Source: Octopus sinensis (Eukaryota). Taken from it: 64,000 nt of DNA. This document shows positions 63,402 to 64,000 of the stretch, piece by piece. The stretch spans positions 190,526,001 through 190,590,000 of the forward strand of contig NC_042997.1 of NCBI RefSeq assembly GCF_006345805.1. Direction: 5' to 3'. The translations under genes and the position numbers were made by a program. Numbering within the stretch: position 1 is the stretch's first letter; each line of letters starts with the position of its first letter. The notes beneath the pieces were generated by a model. That model made no database searches. It had not been told where the DNA came from and saw only the letters and a program-made list of their open reading frames with translations.

Positions 63402-63605
63402 ATCAACCCCAGGACTTATTCTTTGTAAGCCTAGTACTTACTCTATTGGTCACTTTTGCGGAATAGCTATATAACTGCGACGTAAACGCATCGGTTGTCA
63501 AGCGATGTTGGGGGGGGGGGACAAACACTGACACACAAACATATACACACACATACATACATGCATGCATATATATGTGTATATATACATATATATATAT
63601 ATATG

Positions 63606-63659
<54 letters not shown>

Positions 63660-63793
63660 TATGTACGTCTACCAAATCCACTCACAAGGCTTTGGTCAGC
63701 CCGGAGAGGACTCTTGCCGAAGGTGCCACGCAGTGAGACTGAACCTGGAACCATGTGGTTGGTAAGCAAGCGACTTACCACACAGCCACTACT
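63402..63793 (-). mobile_element. tRNA-derived SINE (family A)
   Basis: Reverse complement of 35298-35710, with tail loss. Confidence 0.9.
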
Positions 63794-63922
63794 ATATATA
63801 TATATATATGCACTCACACACATCGTGGTACTCTAGAAGCGGTGCACATTAGCAGAACTTTCGACTCGAATCAAATACAACTATTTCAAGTGGTTGTTAG
63901 AGTATCTACATAAGAATAGTCA

Positions 63923-64000
63923 GGACTGGCTAGTTTGTACTGGCGTCGAGCCCATTATTACACCTTATACGATTCGATGCCAGTACAAACTAGCCGGTTC
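63923..64000. repeat. 27-bp inverted repeat with 24-nt loop (runs to window edge)
   Basis: 63923-63949 pairs fully with 63974-64000 when 3 G:T pairs are allowed. Confidence 0.9.

Overview
AT-rich, microsatellite-saturated animal genomic DNA with no confidently identifiable host protein-coding gene. The SINE families and (TA)n/(CA)n/(TAGA)n/(AAT)n load resemble an octopus/coleoid cephalopod genome (inference from recall, not a search). The window holds tRNA-derived SINEs and decayed transposon fragments: a CR1-type LINE, three tandem R4/Dong-type LINE ends in (AAT)n, RTE pieces, Helitrons, Tc1, hAT, a Chapaev-like transposase and Penelope-like (PLE) GIY-YIG/RT remnants. There is one 100-N gap. 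The main result is a dense set of type I hammerhead ribozyme (HHR) motifs: about 17 copies in about 10 sequence families, found and folded by eye. Two families form non-coding units of about 558 nt (a tandem array) and about 576 nt (reconstructed) that look like PLE-dependent retrozymes, i.e. candidate circular-RNA retroelements. They share ordered sequence blocks, a CTGCTATTT box and a 3' end about 196 nt past the predicted cleavage site, joined to (TA)n. One family shows compensatory base-pair covariation between copies and another carries a G3-C8 swap of the catalytic core. No ribozyme activity or expression has been tested, and novelty in cephalopods needs a literature and database check.
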